From positions 1 to 41,245 of the forward strand of contig NW_021832082.1 of NCBI RefSeq assembly GCF_006345805.1: a DNA stretch of 41,245 nt, in the 5' to 3' direction. The notes below the pieces were generated by a model. The model did not search any database. It was given only the letters and a program-made list of their open reading frames with translations, and was not told the DNA's origin. Within the stretch, counting starts at the first letter, position 1; every line of letters starts with the position of its first letter. A program made the translations under genes and the position numbers. The stretch is from Octopus sinensis. Lineage: Eukaryota. Of the stretch, positions 1-12,561 are shown in pieces.

Positions 1-39
1 AAAGTCAACTTCATCTTTCAATATTATGGAGTTGAGCAA

Positions 40-228
40 GGTGGCGAGCTGGCAGAATCGTTAGTACGCCGGACGAAATGCTTAGCCGTATTTCGTCAGC
101 CGCTACGTTCGGAGTTCAAATTCTGCCGAGGTCGACTTTGCCTTTCATCCTTTCGGGGTCAATTAAATAAGTACCAGTTACGCACTGGGATCGATGTAAT
201 CGACTTAACCCGTTTGTCTGTCCTTGTT
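40..228 (+). mobile_element. tRNA-derived SINE, family B (3'-truncated)
   Basis: A-box-like GGCGAGCTGGCAGAATCG and B-box GAGTTCAAATTC, followed by GTCGACTTTGCCTTTCATCCTTTCGGGGTC...AAGTACCAGT, which recurs at ~9120, 9800, 30220-31430 and 31910. Confidence 0.85.
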
Positions 229-439
229 TATTATTTATTGATCACAAAAATAGACAATATCTCATCTAACAGCTGTTTCTATTCACACTGCTTTGGGTAT
301 AACCAAGCTTAATTATTAAAATAATAATAATTATACCAACTTAAATAGTGCAAATTCATTGGAGTGGAAAAATAAAGAAAAGGTTTTCAGAGGGACAGCA
401 TGTAACATCAATTGGTATATCCTTATTTTCTCTTTTTCT

Positions 440-694
440 TTTTACTCTTTTTACTCTCTTACTTGTCTCCGTCATTTGACTGTGGCCATGCTGGAGCACC
501 GCCTTTAGTTGACCAAATCAACCCTGGACTTATTCTTTGTAAGCCTAGTACTTATTCTATCGGTCTCTTTTGCCGAACTGCTAAGTTACAGGGACGTAAA
601 CACACCAGCATCGGTTGTCAAGCGATGTTGGGGGGACAAACACAGACGCACGAACATACATATTCACACACACACACATACACAAACGCACATA

Positions 695-752
<58 letters not shown>

Positions 753-923
753 CATATATACGACAGGCTTCTTTCAGTTTCCGTCTACCAAATCCACTCA
801 CAAGGCTTTGGTCGGCCCGAAGCCATAGTAGAAGACACTTGACCAAGGTGCCACGCAGTGGGACTGAACCCAGAACCATGTGGTTGATAAGCAAGCTACT
901 TACCACACAGCCACTCCTACACC
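440..923 (-). mobile_element. tRNA-derived SINE, family A (full length, internal CA/TA microsatellite)
   Basis: Reverse complement of the family A pattern GGCGCAGGAGTGGCTGTGTGGTAAGTAGCTTGC...GGTTCAGTCCCAC...(TA/TG)n...GGTGCTCCAGCATGGCC...GTAAAAGAG tail; ~17 copies or fragments in the window. Confidence 0.9.
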
Positions 924-1029
924 TATTTTGTTTATTTTTCCACTCTGATGAAGTTCCACTATTTAAGTTAGTATAATTATTTGCAGGAATGTTTACTATT
1001 ATTATTGTAATAATTAAGACTGATTAAGA

Positions 1030-1294
1030 CTAAGTGACGGGGACATAAACACACCAGCATCGGTTATCAAGCAATGCTAGGGGGACAAACACAGACACAC
1101 AAACATTTATATATATATATATACATATATACAACAGGCTTCTTTCAGTTTCCGTCTACCAAATCCACTCACAAGGCATTGGTTGGCTCGGGGCTATAGC
1201 AGAAGACACTTGCCCAAGATGCCACACAGTGGGACTGAACCCGGAACCATGTGGCTGGTTAGCAAGCTACTTACCACACAGCCACCCCTGCGCC
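1030..1294 (-). mobile_element. SINE family A, 3'-truncated
   Basis: Same head and body as 440-923; tail missing. Confidence 0.9.
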
Positions 1295-1490
1295 TATAAC
1301 CAAATGATAATTGACGTTTATCAATTATGAATTTTATCTCCATTTTCTTATTTTTCCTTAAATATAGATAAAATTTGGTTTATTCCTCTCCTTACTTATA
1401 TAGGTAATACGTCAGTAATTCTGTGGTTATAACCACTCTTAAACGGTTTTTATAACCACTAATTGAGCTCGCCTTTACATATATATATAT

Positions 1491-1675
1491 AGTTAATCCA
1501 AATATGAAAACACAAAGAGAAAACACAACAATGCGAGGACGTGGAACAAACATAGTATTATTGGACACTCAGGAAGGAAGGGAAGAAGGAGGGTTTTTAC
1601 GTTTTGAGTGGAGCTCTTCGTCAGAAACATAGGAAAAGGAAAGATCCAGAGAAGGGAAGACACACGGTCACATTT

Positions 1676-1678
<3 letters not shown>
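1491..1678 (-). mobile_element. Short TA-embedded element with degenerate hammerhead motif (PLE-terminus-like)
   Basis: Flanked by (TA)n on both sides; minus strand 1594-1628 reads TTT-CTGACGA-A-GAG-CTCCA-CTC-AAAAC-GTA-AAA (G12 mutated to A). Confidence 0.6.
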
Positions 1679-1715
<37 letters not shown>

Positions 1716-2628
1716 TACTGGGAGAAGAAGAAGAAACAAAACGAAACGGAATGAATTGAATCGAATCGAGGGAAATGTGTTGTTGAAAATGCACCTAAAT
1801 TTCAAAAACTCGTAATTGTTTAAAATACATTTATTTACATATATACCAAACTAGTTTCAACAATATTTTTTGTTTATCAATGGTAAAAGTTTAAAATTAG
1901 AAAAACATCTTTAAAAGATTAATATGTTTCAATGTTGACAAACTAAAATGATTCAATGTTGATAAATTAACACGTTCAAAACAGAAGGTGTAAATTAGAA
2001 TGTTCATAGCAGTTAATAAAATTAAAACTGTATAATCAATTTGTTTGAATGTGCAAAGTTCATTAATTTTAGTGGTGGTCGACAAGTCATACGGAAAAAA
2101 AAAACAAGTGTAAAATCAAAATAGTAAAAAAGAGGGAATTTGGTTTAGAGTTTCTCTGATCCTCTTCTAATACACGCTTTTGCTTTCGCTTGTAGTTGTA
2201 TGTTTGGGGATCAGATGAATTTATAATTTTATTCTGCGAGCAGATCTGATTTTTGATTTGTTAAAATACTGGTGATGTCTTTTTTTTTTTTGTGGTCAAG
2301 CTTGTTGTTCTACTTGGTTGGTTTCCTTGTGGTCATAAGTCGTTCCAGTTGGTTGGTTCTCTTAACGGGTCATTTCATTGTATTCGCTGAAGTTCGGTTT
2401 TGATTAGGTGACATCAGCAACTGGTGTTTGTAAAATTTTATTGGATTGGACGTGGGTGACATCAGCAATTGGTGTTTGTATGGTGATTTGAAGTTGCAGT
2501 TGGTCTCGGAACCAGGTGGAAGATTGTTACTAAAGTTCTTTAAAAAATTTTTTTGTTGTTCCTGGTTGTTTTTTTTTTGTGTTGAAATTAAGTCTTTGTT
2601 CTTTTCTTTTTACTGCTTTTTCTTCTTT

Positions 2629-3413
2629 CTAAAGGATATTCAGGTGTGGTTTATATTTTTTAATCAGTATGTTTTCCTTATTTAAATAGAATTGGGTTGA
2701 AGTATTTCCAGTACATTGATAGAGAGCGAAGATTTGGTATTTAGGGTTTATGTCTAGGTGCTTGCTTACAGGAATTTTCCTGGATTTGTTGCCTGTGCAC
2801 TGTAAGTCTATGCCTCAAAGTTAAGCTAGAGTGACCAATGTAATCACCGCCACAACCTCCACATTTAAGAACATAGATTAAGCTCTTCGAAGCACAGGTG
2901 AAGTCATATTTTATGGTAAAAGTTTGACCTGACTTAAATTTGTATTTTGAGCTGTCTAAGAGTAAGATGCAAGTTCTGCAGTTCGGACAGTTGCACTTTT
3001 TGACTTGTCAGGTTGTATTTTTGGTGGGTAATTTGGCGCTGGTGAGTAACTTTTTTAGGGATTGCAGTTGTCTCTTGCTTTTAATAATCCTATGTGTTTC
3101 TAGTGCCTTTTTCATTCGTGGGTCTTTCATAAGGAGGGGTATGTTTTGGTGGATGATGTTGTATGCTTCCATGTTTCTTGGATTGTGTGTTGATACGTAA
3201 GATAGAGTTTTAAGTGTGTCATGGTGTTTTCTTGTTTTCCATAATTCTTGGATGTCTATCATTTTTGTACATTCTGATTGGGTATTTTCTATCTAGTAAT
3301 GTGATTTTAAGTTCTTGGAGTCGTTTTTCTTGGGTTTCAGGATTTGATGCAATAGTGCAAATTCTTCTCGCTAGGGTGTTCATATATTTGGACTTCCGAG
3401 TATGCCATGACAA
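2629..3413 (-). pseudogene. PLE ORF 3' part: RT thumb, Zn-finger linker, GIY-YIG endonuclease (Neptune-like), disrupted
   Basis: Translation: TLARRICTIASN..RLQELKITLLDRKYP / LSYVSTHNP..KRQLQSLKKLLTSAK / KCNCPNCRTC..FTCASKSLIYVLKCGGCGGDYIGHSSLTLRHRLTVHRQQI / KENILIKKYKPHLNIL*; stops and frameshifts present. Confidence 0.9.
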
Positions 3414-3438
3414 ATATTGTTGAAACTAGTTTGGTATA

Positions 3439-3835
3439 TCTTTATGTATAAAAGTAAGGTTGTGCGCTGTCTGTCTCCTACGATTTAGATTCCTAACTTC
3501 TCCCACATTTTGCGGTGCAGTTTAACCAAAACCAGGTATCTTATAGTCGTGATTCATATCGAGCCCTTCCGGATATTACCGCACGTCTACGATGAGTCTA
3601 CGATTTAAAAAAAATTTACCATCAATTTTTCCCATTTTTAATGCATTTTTGGCATATATAAGGGAAGTAACTCTCTAAAAATTTATTATTAAATCTCAGA
3701 ACGTAAAAAGCTACAGTAACCCCCCCCCACTTTGTGGTTAGCCATATTGAGATGGTTATTATACTTTACATCACTAAAAATGCTTATATAGTTATTTCTC
3801 TTACAAACCCGAGTAACGCCGGGCGATACTGCTAG
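3439..3835 (+). mobile_element. Non-autonomous Helitron (~397 bp)
   Basis: 5' TC, 3' CTAG, subterminal hairpin CCCGAGTAACGCCGGG (3808-3823); inserted between A and T with no TSD; the empty site GGTATA|TATGTAAATAAATG is preserved in the sister inverted repeat near 1830-1848. Confidence 0.9.
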
Positions 3836-3956
3836 TATGTAAATAAATGTATTTTAAACATTTACGAGCTTTTGAAATTTTGGTGCATTTTCAACAATGC
3901 ATTTTCTTATATTTTTTCTCTATATATATATAAATATATATGTATGTATGTACATA

Positions 3957-4340
3957 GGCACAGGAGTGGCTGTGTGGTAAGTAGCTTGCTTACCAACCAC
4001 ATGGTTCTGGGTTCAGTCCCACTGCGTGGCACCTTGAGCTGACCAAAGCTTTGTGAGTGGATTTGGCAGACGGAAACTGAAAGAAGCTCGTCGTATATGT
4101 ATATATATGTGTGTGTGTGTGTGTGTATCTATATGTTTGTATATCTGCATTTGTTCCCCCCCAACATCACTTGACAACCGATACTGGTGTGTTTACGTCC
4201 CTGTCACTTAGTGGTTTGGCAAAAGAGACCAATAGAATAAGTACTAGGCTTACAAAGAATAAATCCTGGGGTCGATTTGCTCGACTAAATGCGGTGCTCC
4301 AGCATGGCCACAGTCAAATGACTGAAGCAAATAAAACAAA
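3957..4340 (+). mobile_element. SINE family A (small internal deletion)
   Basis: Matches family A head, body and tail. Confidence 0.9.
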
Positions 4341-4819
4341 TATATATATATATATATTATATATACATATACACAAAGAGACAAAGAGAGGGAGGGAGGG
4401 AAGGAGAAATAAAAGGAAGTGATAGTATATAGGTACCAGGAAGAAGGTTGAAAAGGACATAATACCAATGGGGGGCGTTACTTATGATTACAGCAGTTGG
4501 CACCTCATATCTAGTTATTTGAATTTCACATTCTTAATTATCAGACAGGATACAAAGTTAGCTTTGTTGATCTATCTCTCTCTTTCTCTCTGTCTATCTG
4601 TCTGTCTCTCTATCTATTTATCCACCTATCTATCTCACGTGTCTCTCTATTTCAGACAGATACATAAATTGATAAACGGATATACAGAATGGGGAGTGAG
4701 AGAGCTTTTTGAGGTAAATTCGAAGCCAGATTTTTGTAGACTAAAACATAAGCAAGTACAAGGATGTTTTGAAACAAATGTACTCTTGTGAGGGACTACG
4801 TTGTTGATAAGAGTTGTAT

Positions 4820-5105
4820 ATAAGCACACATACACCCACATGCATGCATACATATATGCATACACACACACATATGCACACATGCATACATGCACGCACA
4901 CATATATAAGCATTCTAAAGAATGATTTTTACACACAGACACACATATATATACACATATATATATATGTACACATATATATATACATATTATATATATA
5001 ATATATATATATTATATATACATCATACATAATATATATTTTATTAATATACACACATATATGTATGTGTGTATATATTATATATATCTATATTATATAT
5101 ATAGG

Positions 5106-5137
<32 letters not shown>

Positions 5138-5224
5138 CATACATACATAAATACATATATATTTATATATATATATACACATATATATGTATGTATGTAT
5201 GTGTATATATATATATATATATTA

Positions 5225-5277
<53 letters not shown>

Positions 5278-5340
5278 TATATGTATGTATGTGTATATAT
5301 TATATATATATATATGCACATACATATTTATATTTGTATT
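4820..5340. repeat. Compound (CA)/(TA)n microsatellite
   Basis: Direct inspection. Confidence 0.95.
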
Positions 5341-5349
5341 CATACGTAC

Positions 5350-5481
5350 AGAACACTACAATAATAAAAAAAGTTCGCATCATGTAGAGTAATTTTCTCT
5401 CGAACTAGACAGAAAGTGATAGAAATGATACTAAAACAACTGCAAAGATAACACGCACAAGTCACAGACATTCTCTGAATT
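5350..5481 (-). other. Candidate spliced exon (132 nt), possibly containing a start codon ([11 protein letters not shown]...)
   Basis: Minus strand acceptor CCATTTTCCTTCAG| and donor TTCT|GTACGT; unique sequence between microsatellites. Confidence 0.35.
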
Positions 5482-5519
5482 CTGAAGGAAAATGGCCAGC
5501 AGTAAAAACATCATGACCA

Positions 5520-5554
5520 CAACTACTACTACTAGTAGTAGTGGTGGTGGTGGT

Positions 5555-5596
<42 letters not shown>
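5520..5596. repeat. (ACT)/(GGT)/(AGT)n trinucleotide repeat
   Basis: Direct inspection. Confidence 0.95.
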
Positions 5597-5829
5597 AGTT
5601 TCCATAGTTTCCCCAGCCTCACCTTGCCTACTGTGAAATGTCTTGAAATGATATGCTCGCATCAACCATTTCATCCTGATAATGAGACCATGACAGTTAA
5701 GAGAAGTTGACACTCCTGGGAACTTTTATTGCTCCAAAGAAGTTGTAAATATCTCATGAGAAAGTTTAATAAAAAAAATGTTAATATCAGAGTAAAATTA
5801 AAAGACGGTCATGTTTCCAGGAAAATGAC

Positions 5830-6470
5830 CACTAAAACGACCCCTAACATGCTCATGGAGCACTTCAAGAACTTCTGACTTAGCAACAGGTTGCCTCACT
5901 CTTGACATTTTCACTCCTCTCAGTCTTTGACTTGGCCTACAACAGGGGATCATCCATCATTTACTATTCACTTTTAGACAGAACAGAAGCTTATTTTCTT
6001 ACTTAAAACGTACACACTCCTTGGTCTAAATTTGCCATCACACTTTATCTTGCACTTGTCAGCTGCTCCAGAATTACTTATTGCCCTTTCTCTTAATCTC
6101 CCTCCCTTTAACAACTCCCTCATGTCTTCCTCCTCACATTTCACCTCTATCACCCTTCATTTATTCATACATACAGTCTCCACATACTAATACAGTTCTA
6201 ATATACTCATAAGCCTCATTTTGGACACCCTTTCCCCAGATATTTACATCTTTCACTTACACAGATACACAAATATGAAAACCTCTGTTCACCTACCATC
6301 TTAACTCATTCACACACATGCACCAATTTTCAGGTATACATATCTATATACACTTACCCACACACAAATGAAACACAAAAGACCTATTCATCTCATACAT
6401 GCATACACATAAATATGCATACACAATGTAACTGATGAACTATAACAACGTAGAAATGCATGCATCCTAG
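5830..6470 (+). mobile_element. Highly decayed PLE 3' end (GIY-YIG C-terminus, 3' UTR, degenerate hammerhead)
   Basis: MEHFKNF*LSNRLPHS*HFHS and EQKLIFLLKTYTLLGLN (5981-6031) match the Neptune-type GIY-YIG end EQxLIFxLxTxxPxGLN; CTGATGA...GAAATGCATGCATC at 6432-6466. Confidence 0.65.
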
Positions 6471-7049
6471 TATCCAGTAATATCTTTCATGGCCTAGGGC
6501 AGTGGTGGATCTACAATATCGGGGTCCTGAAGCTTAAAATGTTATGCCCCCACCCTATACAACCAGCAACAGTAGGATAACATCCAACAAAGGTCAAAGA
6601 ATTTTTGCCTTATGGCAATGGCCTCTACCCACCACCATTGCTTTTGGACATTTTTGTTTTCATATCAATTTTTTACATCTCTTTTTTATACCCGTTGCAC
6701 TATGTTTTAAAAATATTTTGTTTCCAGATAGTAATGTCAACATTAACTGCACTTTTTGGGGGCTTTAAAATTATTGCATATATGCTCAAATGTTATTTTT
6801 TTTTAGATCTAACCATTTACTTCAGACAAAATAGCAAACTGGGGCAAAATGAGTAATTTCTGATTCCTTGTTATTTTTTTCCTTACTAGTTTGAAAACAT
6901 TTTATTGTATTTTACATTCTGAAACATTTTCAACTCTTATTTTTTTAAAAAAAATTCTCTTTTCTCTCCTTTATTGTATTTTCTCTATGAAGAAAAAGCC
7001 AAACACCACAAGTGCATGTGTGAAATGAAATTAGAATTTTGAAAAGATA

Positions 7050-7155
7050 CGAGGGGTGTATGAAAAGTTTTGAGCCTTGAAGTGTTGTACCTTCATCAGG
7101 AGTCTTGTACCATGTTTTGTTTTTTTGAGGCTCAAGACTTTTCATACAGCCCTTG
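7050..7155. mobile_element. Mariner-type MITE
   Basis: 28-bp TIRs CGAGGGGTGTATGAAAAGTTTTGAGCCT / AGGCTCAAGACTTTTCATACAGCCCTTG (3 mismatches), TA on both sides. Confidence 0.85.
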
Positions 7156-7220
7156 TAGAGACATATTCAGTCATTTAAAATGTATAAAAGGAATATTTTT
7201 TATTGTAGAAATGTATAATG

Positions 7221-7632
7221 GGCGCAGGAGTGGCTGTGTGGTAAGTAGCTTGCAACAACAACATGGTTCCAGGTCAGTCCCACTGCGTGGCATCTTGGGC
7301 AAGTGTCTTCTGCTATAGCCCCGGGCCGACCAATGCCTTGTGAGGGATTGGTAGACGGAAACTGAAAGAAGCCTGTCGTATATATGTATATATATGTGTA
7401 TGTGTGTGTTTTGTTGTCTGTGTTTGTCCCCCTAGCATTGCTTGACAACCGATGCTGGTGTGTTTACGACCCCGTACTTAGCGGTTCGGCAAAAGAGACC
7501 GATAGAATAAGTACTGGGCTTACAAATAATAAGTCCTGGGGTCGATTTGCTCGACTAAAGGCGGTGCTCCAGCATGGCCACAGTCAAATGACTGAAACAA
7601 CAAAAAAGAGAGTAAAAGAGAGTAAAAAGAGA
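7221..7632 (+). mobile_element. SINE family A, full length
   Basis: Complete head, internal microsatellite and (GAGTAAAA)n tail. Confidence 0.9.
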
Positions 7633-7865
7633 ATGGGATAAAAATATCACTTGTTTTCCCTTTTGTGTATCATATAATGACAGTTTGTCACAGAAGCACT
7701 TTGTTTCAAGAAAAATTGAATTTGAGGGGAATTATATCAGGTAAAGTAGAAATGAATATATTATGTCATGCATAAAAAAAAATTCTTACAGCATGGCAGA
7801 ACTGGAAAATAACTGAAAACGGGGTTAGGCAGAGGTAAAGGACATGGACCACACTCCCTTTCAGT

Positions 7866-8735
7866 CTTTTTTGGGTCAGGGGAGTTCTACAGTAACCCAC
7901 TTTTTCGACTGCAGAGATTCCAAATCTGCCAAAAAATCAGTATTTTAAAATTTTAATTCAGCCAACTCCTACCCACCCAATTTTTCATGTTTTTTTTTTA
8001 GAGTAATACAGAAATTACAATTCTGAAAAAAAATTTTTTGTAAAATTTTAATTTTCCAAAAATAAATAAATAAATAAATAAATAAATGAATAAATAAATA
8101 AATAAATTTTCCAAAAATAAATAAATAAATAAATAAATAAATTTTCCAAAAATAAATAAATAAATAAATAACCTTCGCCAGCGTATCTGTGACAGAAAGT
8201 GAACATGTGGTTGCAGGTCTTTTGGAATTAAGAGAGGTATGTAAAAATTTGTATTTTTTGCACATACTCACACACAACAACAAAAAAATGACATTTGTTT
8301 TAATTTTTACTTTTTTGGTAATTTGTATTTAGAAAGTGGATCTTTGGTTTGGCTGTTGTTTCTAGCTTTTTGGACTTTCCAGTTGGAGTGTACTTAAAAA
8401 TTGAAGATTTTGAAAGCCCCAAAAACACATTTTCAAAATTTTCATTTTCCCCCTCTTCACTCCTCTGGCAAAGAAAAAAAAGGGGATGGGGGAAAGAAAA
8501 ATTTTTAATACATGATTCATCGTTTAGTTGCTGTTTCTAGCATGTCGAGTTTTCTGTTTAGATATTTTTAATGTCAGCTATTTTAGTAGGAGAGGAGGGG
8601 TGTTTATTTCAAAAAGGTTTCTAAAAAACGGGGAATTAAACTTTTGAAATGCCAATTTCTTTTTGCAGAGTCGGAATCTCCGCAGTCGAAAAAATGGATT
8701 CCTGTAGAAAAAGTACCCCAGCAAAAACCCAAAAG
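7866..8735. mobile_element. Unclassified inverted-repeat (MITE-like) element
   Basis: CTACAGTAACCCACTTTTTCGACTGCAGAGATTCCAAATCTGC (~7887) is an inverted match to GCAGAGTCGGAATCTCCGCAGTCGAAAAAATGGATTCCTGTAG (~8665-8707); internal (AAAT)n-containing minisatellite. Confidence 0.55.
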
Positions 8736-10231
8736 ATTTTCCTCACAAATTTCTTTATAATCGTAATCTATACCGTTTGAAAGGTATTTATATAAAATTT
8801 CATTAAAAAAACCCCATTGTGAATTTTCCGAGTCAATATAATCTAATTTTAATTTTATATTTAAGATACATATGAAAATTATAAAATACTCTTTTTTCTG
8901 TTTTTTTTATAGCAATGTTATTACAGTTTTGTCATATGAGAGCCTCCTTGCAATATCATTTTTTTGAGACAATAAGCATAAGGAATTTTAGCACTCTTCA
9001 GTCATGGCAGATGGAAATTTATTCTTTAGAAAGGAAAGCTTTGAGAAATTCTTTTCTGCTCCACACCTCGTGATAGGCATTGACAGATACAGCTTAAGTG
9101 CAGTGGTAATATTAGGGAACACTTAAATTCTGCTGAGGTTGACTTTTGCCTTTCATCCTTTTGGGGTCGATAAATTATGTACCAGTTGCATACTGAGGGC
9201 AATCTAATTGACTGGCCCCTCTCCCCCAAAATTTCAGACATTGTGCCTAGAGTAGTCCATGTGTTTTACCTCCACCCAGGGCTTCAAGAATGCCATATAA
9301 ACCCCTCATAACATTATATATATTATTTTTGGAATTTCCAGACAATTTTTGCGAATTTGTATTCTATACACAGAACTTCATACAATTATGCAAAAGACAA
9401 AAAATAATAATAAATTGTAGGGGTGTGATTTAAGGCCTATTTACCTGTTATTTTTAGCACACCTCACAACCACCTCAATGACAAAAAAAAAACAAGTAAA
9501 CAACACGTATCAAACTTATAATATCGCATTACAAAGACGATATTGACCCAAAATTAATAATGAATGTTATCAGTTCAAAGAGTATTTACACCTCAGGAAA
9601 TCGTGGAACACAGAAGGAAACACACCATCTAAAATGCAATGCACTGAAGTTCTTCAGTTTATTTATGAGCAACAATTAATTGACGAGTTCTCTAATATTC
9701 TTTTCTACTCTACGCACAAGGTCTGAAATTTTGGAGGAGAGGGGCCAGTCAATTAGATTGCCCTCAGTATGCAACTGGTACATAATTTATCGACCCCAAA
9801 AGGATGAAAGGCAAAAGTCAACCTCAGCAGAATTTAAGTGTTCCCTAATATTACCACTGCACTTAAGCTGTATCTGTCAATGCCTATCACGAGGTGTGGA
9901 GCAGAAAAGAATTTCTCAAAGCTCTTCCCTTTCTAAAGAATAAATTTCCATCTGCCATGACTGAAGAGTGCTAAAATTCCTTATGCTATTGTCTCAAAAA
10001 AATGATATTGCAAGGAGGCTCTCATATGACAAAACTATAATAACATGTGCTATAAAAAAAAACAGAAAAAAGATATTTTTATAATTTTCATATGTATCTT
10101 AATATATAAATTAAAATTAGATTATATTGACTCGGAAATTCACAATGGGGTTTTTTTAATGAAATTTTATATAAATACCTTTCAAACGGTATAGATTACG
10201 ATTATAAAGAAATTTGTGAGGAAAATCTTTT
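8731..10231. repeat. ~525-bp inverted duplication (arms 8731-9255 and 9705-10231, ~450-bp spacer)
   Basis: Arms are near-identical reverse complements; the ORF track shows the same peptide on both strands (9026-9241 minus, 9680-9943 plus). Confidence 0.95.
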
Positions 10232-10414
10232 CTGAGGGGGTGGGGAAAGGACTTGGGAAAATTTATGAGATTCACAAGGTATGAGTTTTTCCCTTGTAAC
10301 TTTGAGGAAAATATAATCCTTTTGAAATTACAAATTAGGCTTTTCCTCAGGAACTTAGACTTTGAAGGGTTCAGGTCTTTACGTCTACTATATATATATA
10401 TATATATATCGGAC

Positions 10415-10495
10415 TGGGCTGCGTGTTCTTGGGCAAGTCACTTTATTTCACGTTGCTCCAGTTCACTCAGCTGTAGAAATGAGTTGCAATCTCAC
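10415..10495 (+). mobile_element. CORE-SINE-like fragment (family C)
   Basis: CTTGGGCAAGTCACTTTATTTCACGTTGCTCCAGTTCACTCAGCTGTAGAAATGAG resembles the CORE domain. Confidence 0.7.
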
Positions 10496-10739
10496 AGGTG
10501 CATAAATAAATAAATAGAATTTTTAATCAGTTGTACACATTAATATAATTTTACTCAAATGCTCTAATAGAGCAAGAAGAAGTAAAGTGTCCATGTTGCC
10601 ACTAATGTAGCTAAGAATATACTACACTTCTTAGAATTGTATGAAGTTCGATGGGGGTCATAGCTTGTAAAGGATTGTGGTTCATTTTTAATTTATCAGT
10701 TCTTTTTATCAACTACCAAATCTAAGACTAGAGGACTGT

Positions 10740-10955
10740 GTTACAGTCGTCTAGTCTGAGGATAGCTCTGCATTTAAATTGATGTAATGATTGCATTTTT
10801 CAATTAAATGAAGCTGCTTGAAACAGTCGTACTGCATCGCCTCTTGATACCTTGTTGCTTATTTTGATTTTATTCACCTTACTTTGAGTTGTATGGATAA
10901 TACTGCACTGATATGGTGCTTCAACTTAAGTACCTAATCCAAATGAATCTCAATT
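10740..10955 (+). mobile_element. TA-flanked element with hammerhead-like core, same family as 24776-25292
   Basis: CTGAGGA (10756)...GAAAC-AGTC-GTA-CTGC (10820-10835); downstream sequence homologous to 25200-25292 and to the reverse complement of 24780-24890. Confidence 0.7.
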
Positions 10956-10973
10956 ATATATATATATATATAT

Positions 10974-11055
<82 letters not shown>

Positions 11056-11069
11056 AATATATTATATAT

Positions 11070-11109
<40 letters not shown>

Positions 11110-11112
<3 letters not shown>

Positions 11113-11367
11113 TCTTTTACTCTTTTACTTGTTTCAGTCATTTGACTGCAGCCATGCTGGAACACTGCCTTTAGTCGAGCAAATCGACCCCAGGACTTGT
11201 TCTTTGTAAGCCTAGTACTTATTCTAACAGTCCTTTTTGCTGAACCGCTAAGTTACGGTGACGTAATCACATCAGCATCGGTTATCAAGTGATGTTGGGG
11301 GTGATGGTGGACAAACACACACACACAAACAGACACACACATACGCACCCACACACACACACACACA

Positions 11368-11401
<34 letters not shown>

Positions 11402-11448
11402 GACAGGCTTCTTTCAGTTTCTGTCTACTAAATCCACTCACAAGGCTT
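11110..11448 (-). mobile_element. SINE family A (5'-truncated)
   Basis: Tail and body match family A. Confidence 0.9.
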
Positions 11449-11706
11449 ATATATATATATATTCTTTTATTCTTTTACTTGTTTCGGTCATTTGACTGTG
11501 GCTAAGAACTGGAAGAAATTAAAAAGTGATTCAAGGCCCAGAAGTTTGGTGTTCTGGCACACCAGTCTGATAGGTGCCAATGCACAAAACCCTCAGTCCT
11601 TAAGTTGTACTGTAACTTCTGCTGATCATAAACAAAAAAATGTTTATACCTATTTTAAGTTCTATTTTCTCATTTGCATCAACAACCATATATATATATA
11701 TATATA

Positions 11707-12056
11707 AAACATACAAAATGGGACAAGAACACAAAGCATCTGGACAGTTAGGTGATACAGAAAAGGGACAACAAAACATCCAGATAGATGATACAAAGAA
11801 AACAAGGATGAGTCATTCAAAGTTTTCCTTCCTCAGTCAAGTACCAGATTATCTTCACAATTTCGGCTGATTATACTCGAGATTGCTCCAATCTGGCCAG
11901 TCTCAAGGAAAAAACTAAGCTAAGAGCATTAGATTCCTTGGAAGAAAGCAGCGAATGTATACAAAAACAAGGATGGAAAAAAATGGACAATGATACACAA
12001 ATACAATAAAAATAAACAGGACATAGCAACAGGTGTCTTTCGACTAAGGACGAATT
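11707..12056. mobile_element. Unclassified TA-embedded interspersed element
   Basis: Strand-biased non-coding block bounded by (TA)n, similar in style to the other TA-embedded elements. Confidence 0.45.
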
Positions 12057-12060
12057 ATAC

Positions 12061-12136
<76 letters not shown>

Positions 12137-12142
12137 GATATA

Positions 12143-12186
<44 letters not shown>

Positions 12187-12306
12187 TAAATTAGAGACAA
12201 AACCACCATTAGGCAAATCAAACAATGAAAGACTTAAGCCAATACATATGATTAATTTATATTATTTAATATGTAACAAAATTATTAAAAAAATATAATT
12301 AATATC

Positions 12307-12369
12307 CCACTACGATCGTTTCCTGCCTGCTGTCTTCAAATTTTTGAGTCGCAGTCATTCATCAGGTGG
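12307..12369 (-). ncRNA. Minimal type-I hammerhead ribozyme motif (intact core)
   Basis: Minus strand: CCAC-CUGAUGA-AUGACUGC..GCAGGCAG-GAAAC-GAUC-GUA-GUGG; helix I CCAC/GUGG, palindromic helix III ACGAUCGU; within a TA-flanked element 12181-12418. Confidence 0.75.
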
Positions 12370-12480
12370 TTTAAATATTTTTCTTGGCGAGGTTTAAACA
12401 ATGAACTAGAATTTTGAATATATATATATATATATATATATAAGGTAAATGAAAGATGGAAGATGGAAGAATTTTTATTA

Positions 12481-12561
12481 ATTATGACAATTGTTTCGAC
12501 ACATTTAGCATCAATCCCTGGAGCATCCATCCGGCAGTACAGACATGTTTCTTCAGGTAAT
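12481..12561 (-). ncRNA. Minimal type-I hammerhead ribozyme motif
   Basis: Minus strand: AUUAC-CUGAAGA-AACAU...AUGUGUC-GAAAC-AAUU-GUC-AUAAU; palindromic helix III ACAAUUGU; one mismatch at the base of helix I. Confidence 0.65.

Larger units (their letters stand above)
1773..3905 (-). mobile_element. Penelope-like retroelement remnant with ~95-bp inverted termini
   Basis: 1773-1868 is the reverse complement of 3412-3438 plus 3836-3905 (split by a Helitron); encloses a decayed PLE ORF; TA runs on both outer sides. Confidence 0.75.

Noticed and set aside
6500-6770. CAGTGGTGGATCTAC hAT-like terminus
   Set aside because: No convincing matching right end or 8-bp TSD found
11800-11842. Minus-strand CTGAGGA-AGGAAAACTTT-GAATGACTCATC
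   Set aside because: Lacks the full GAAA and helix I; cannot be called a hammerhead from this copy
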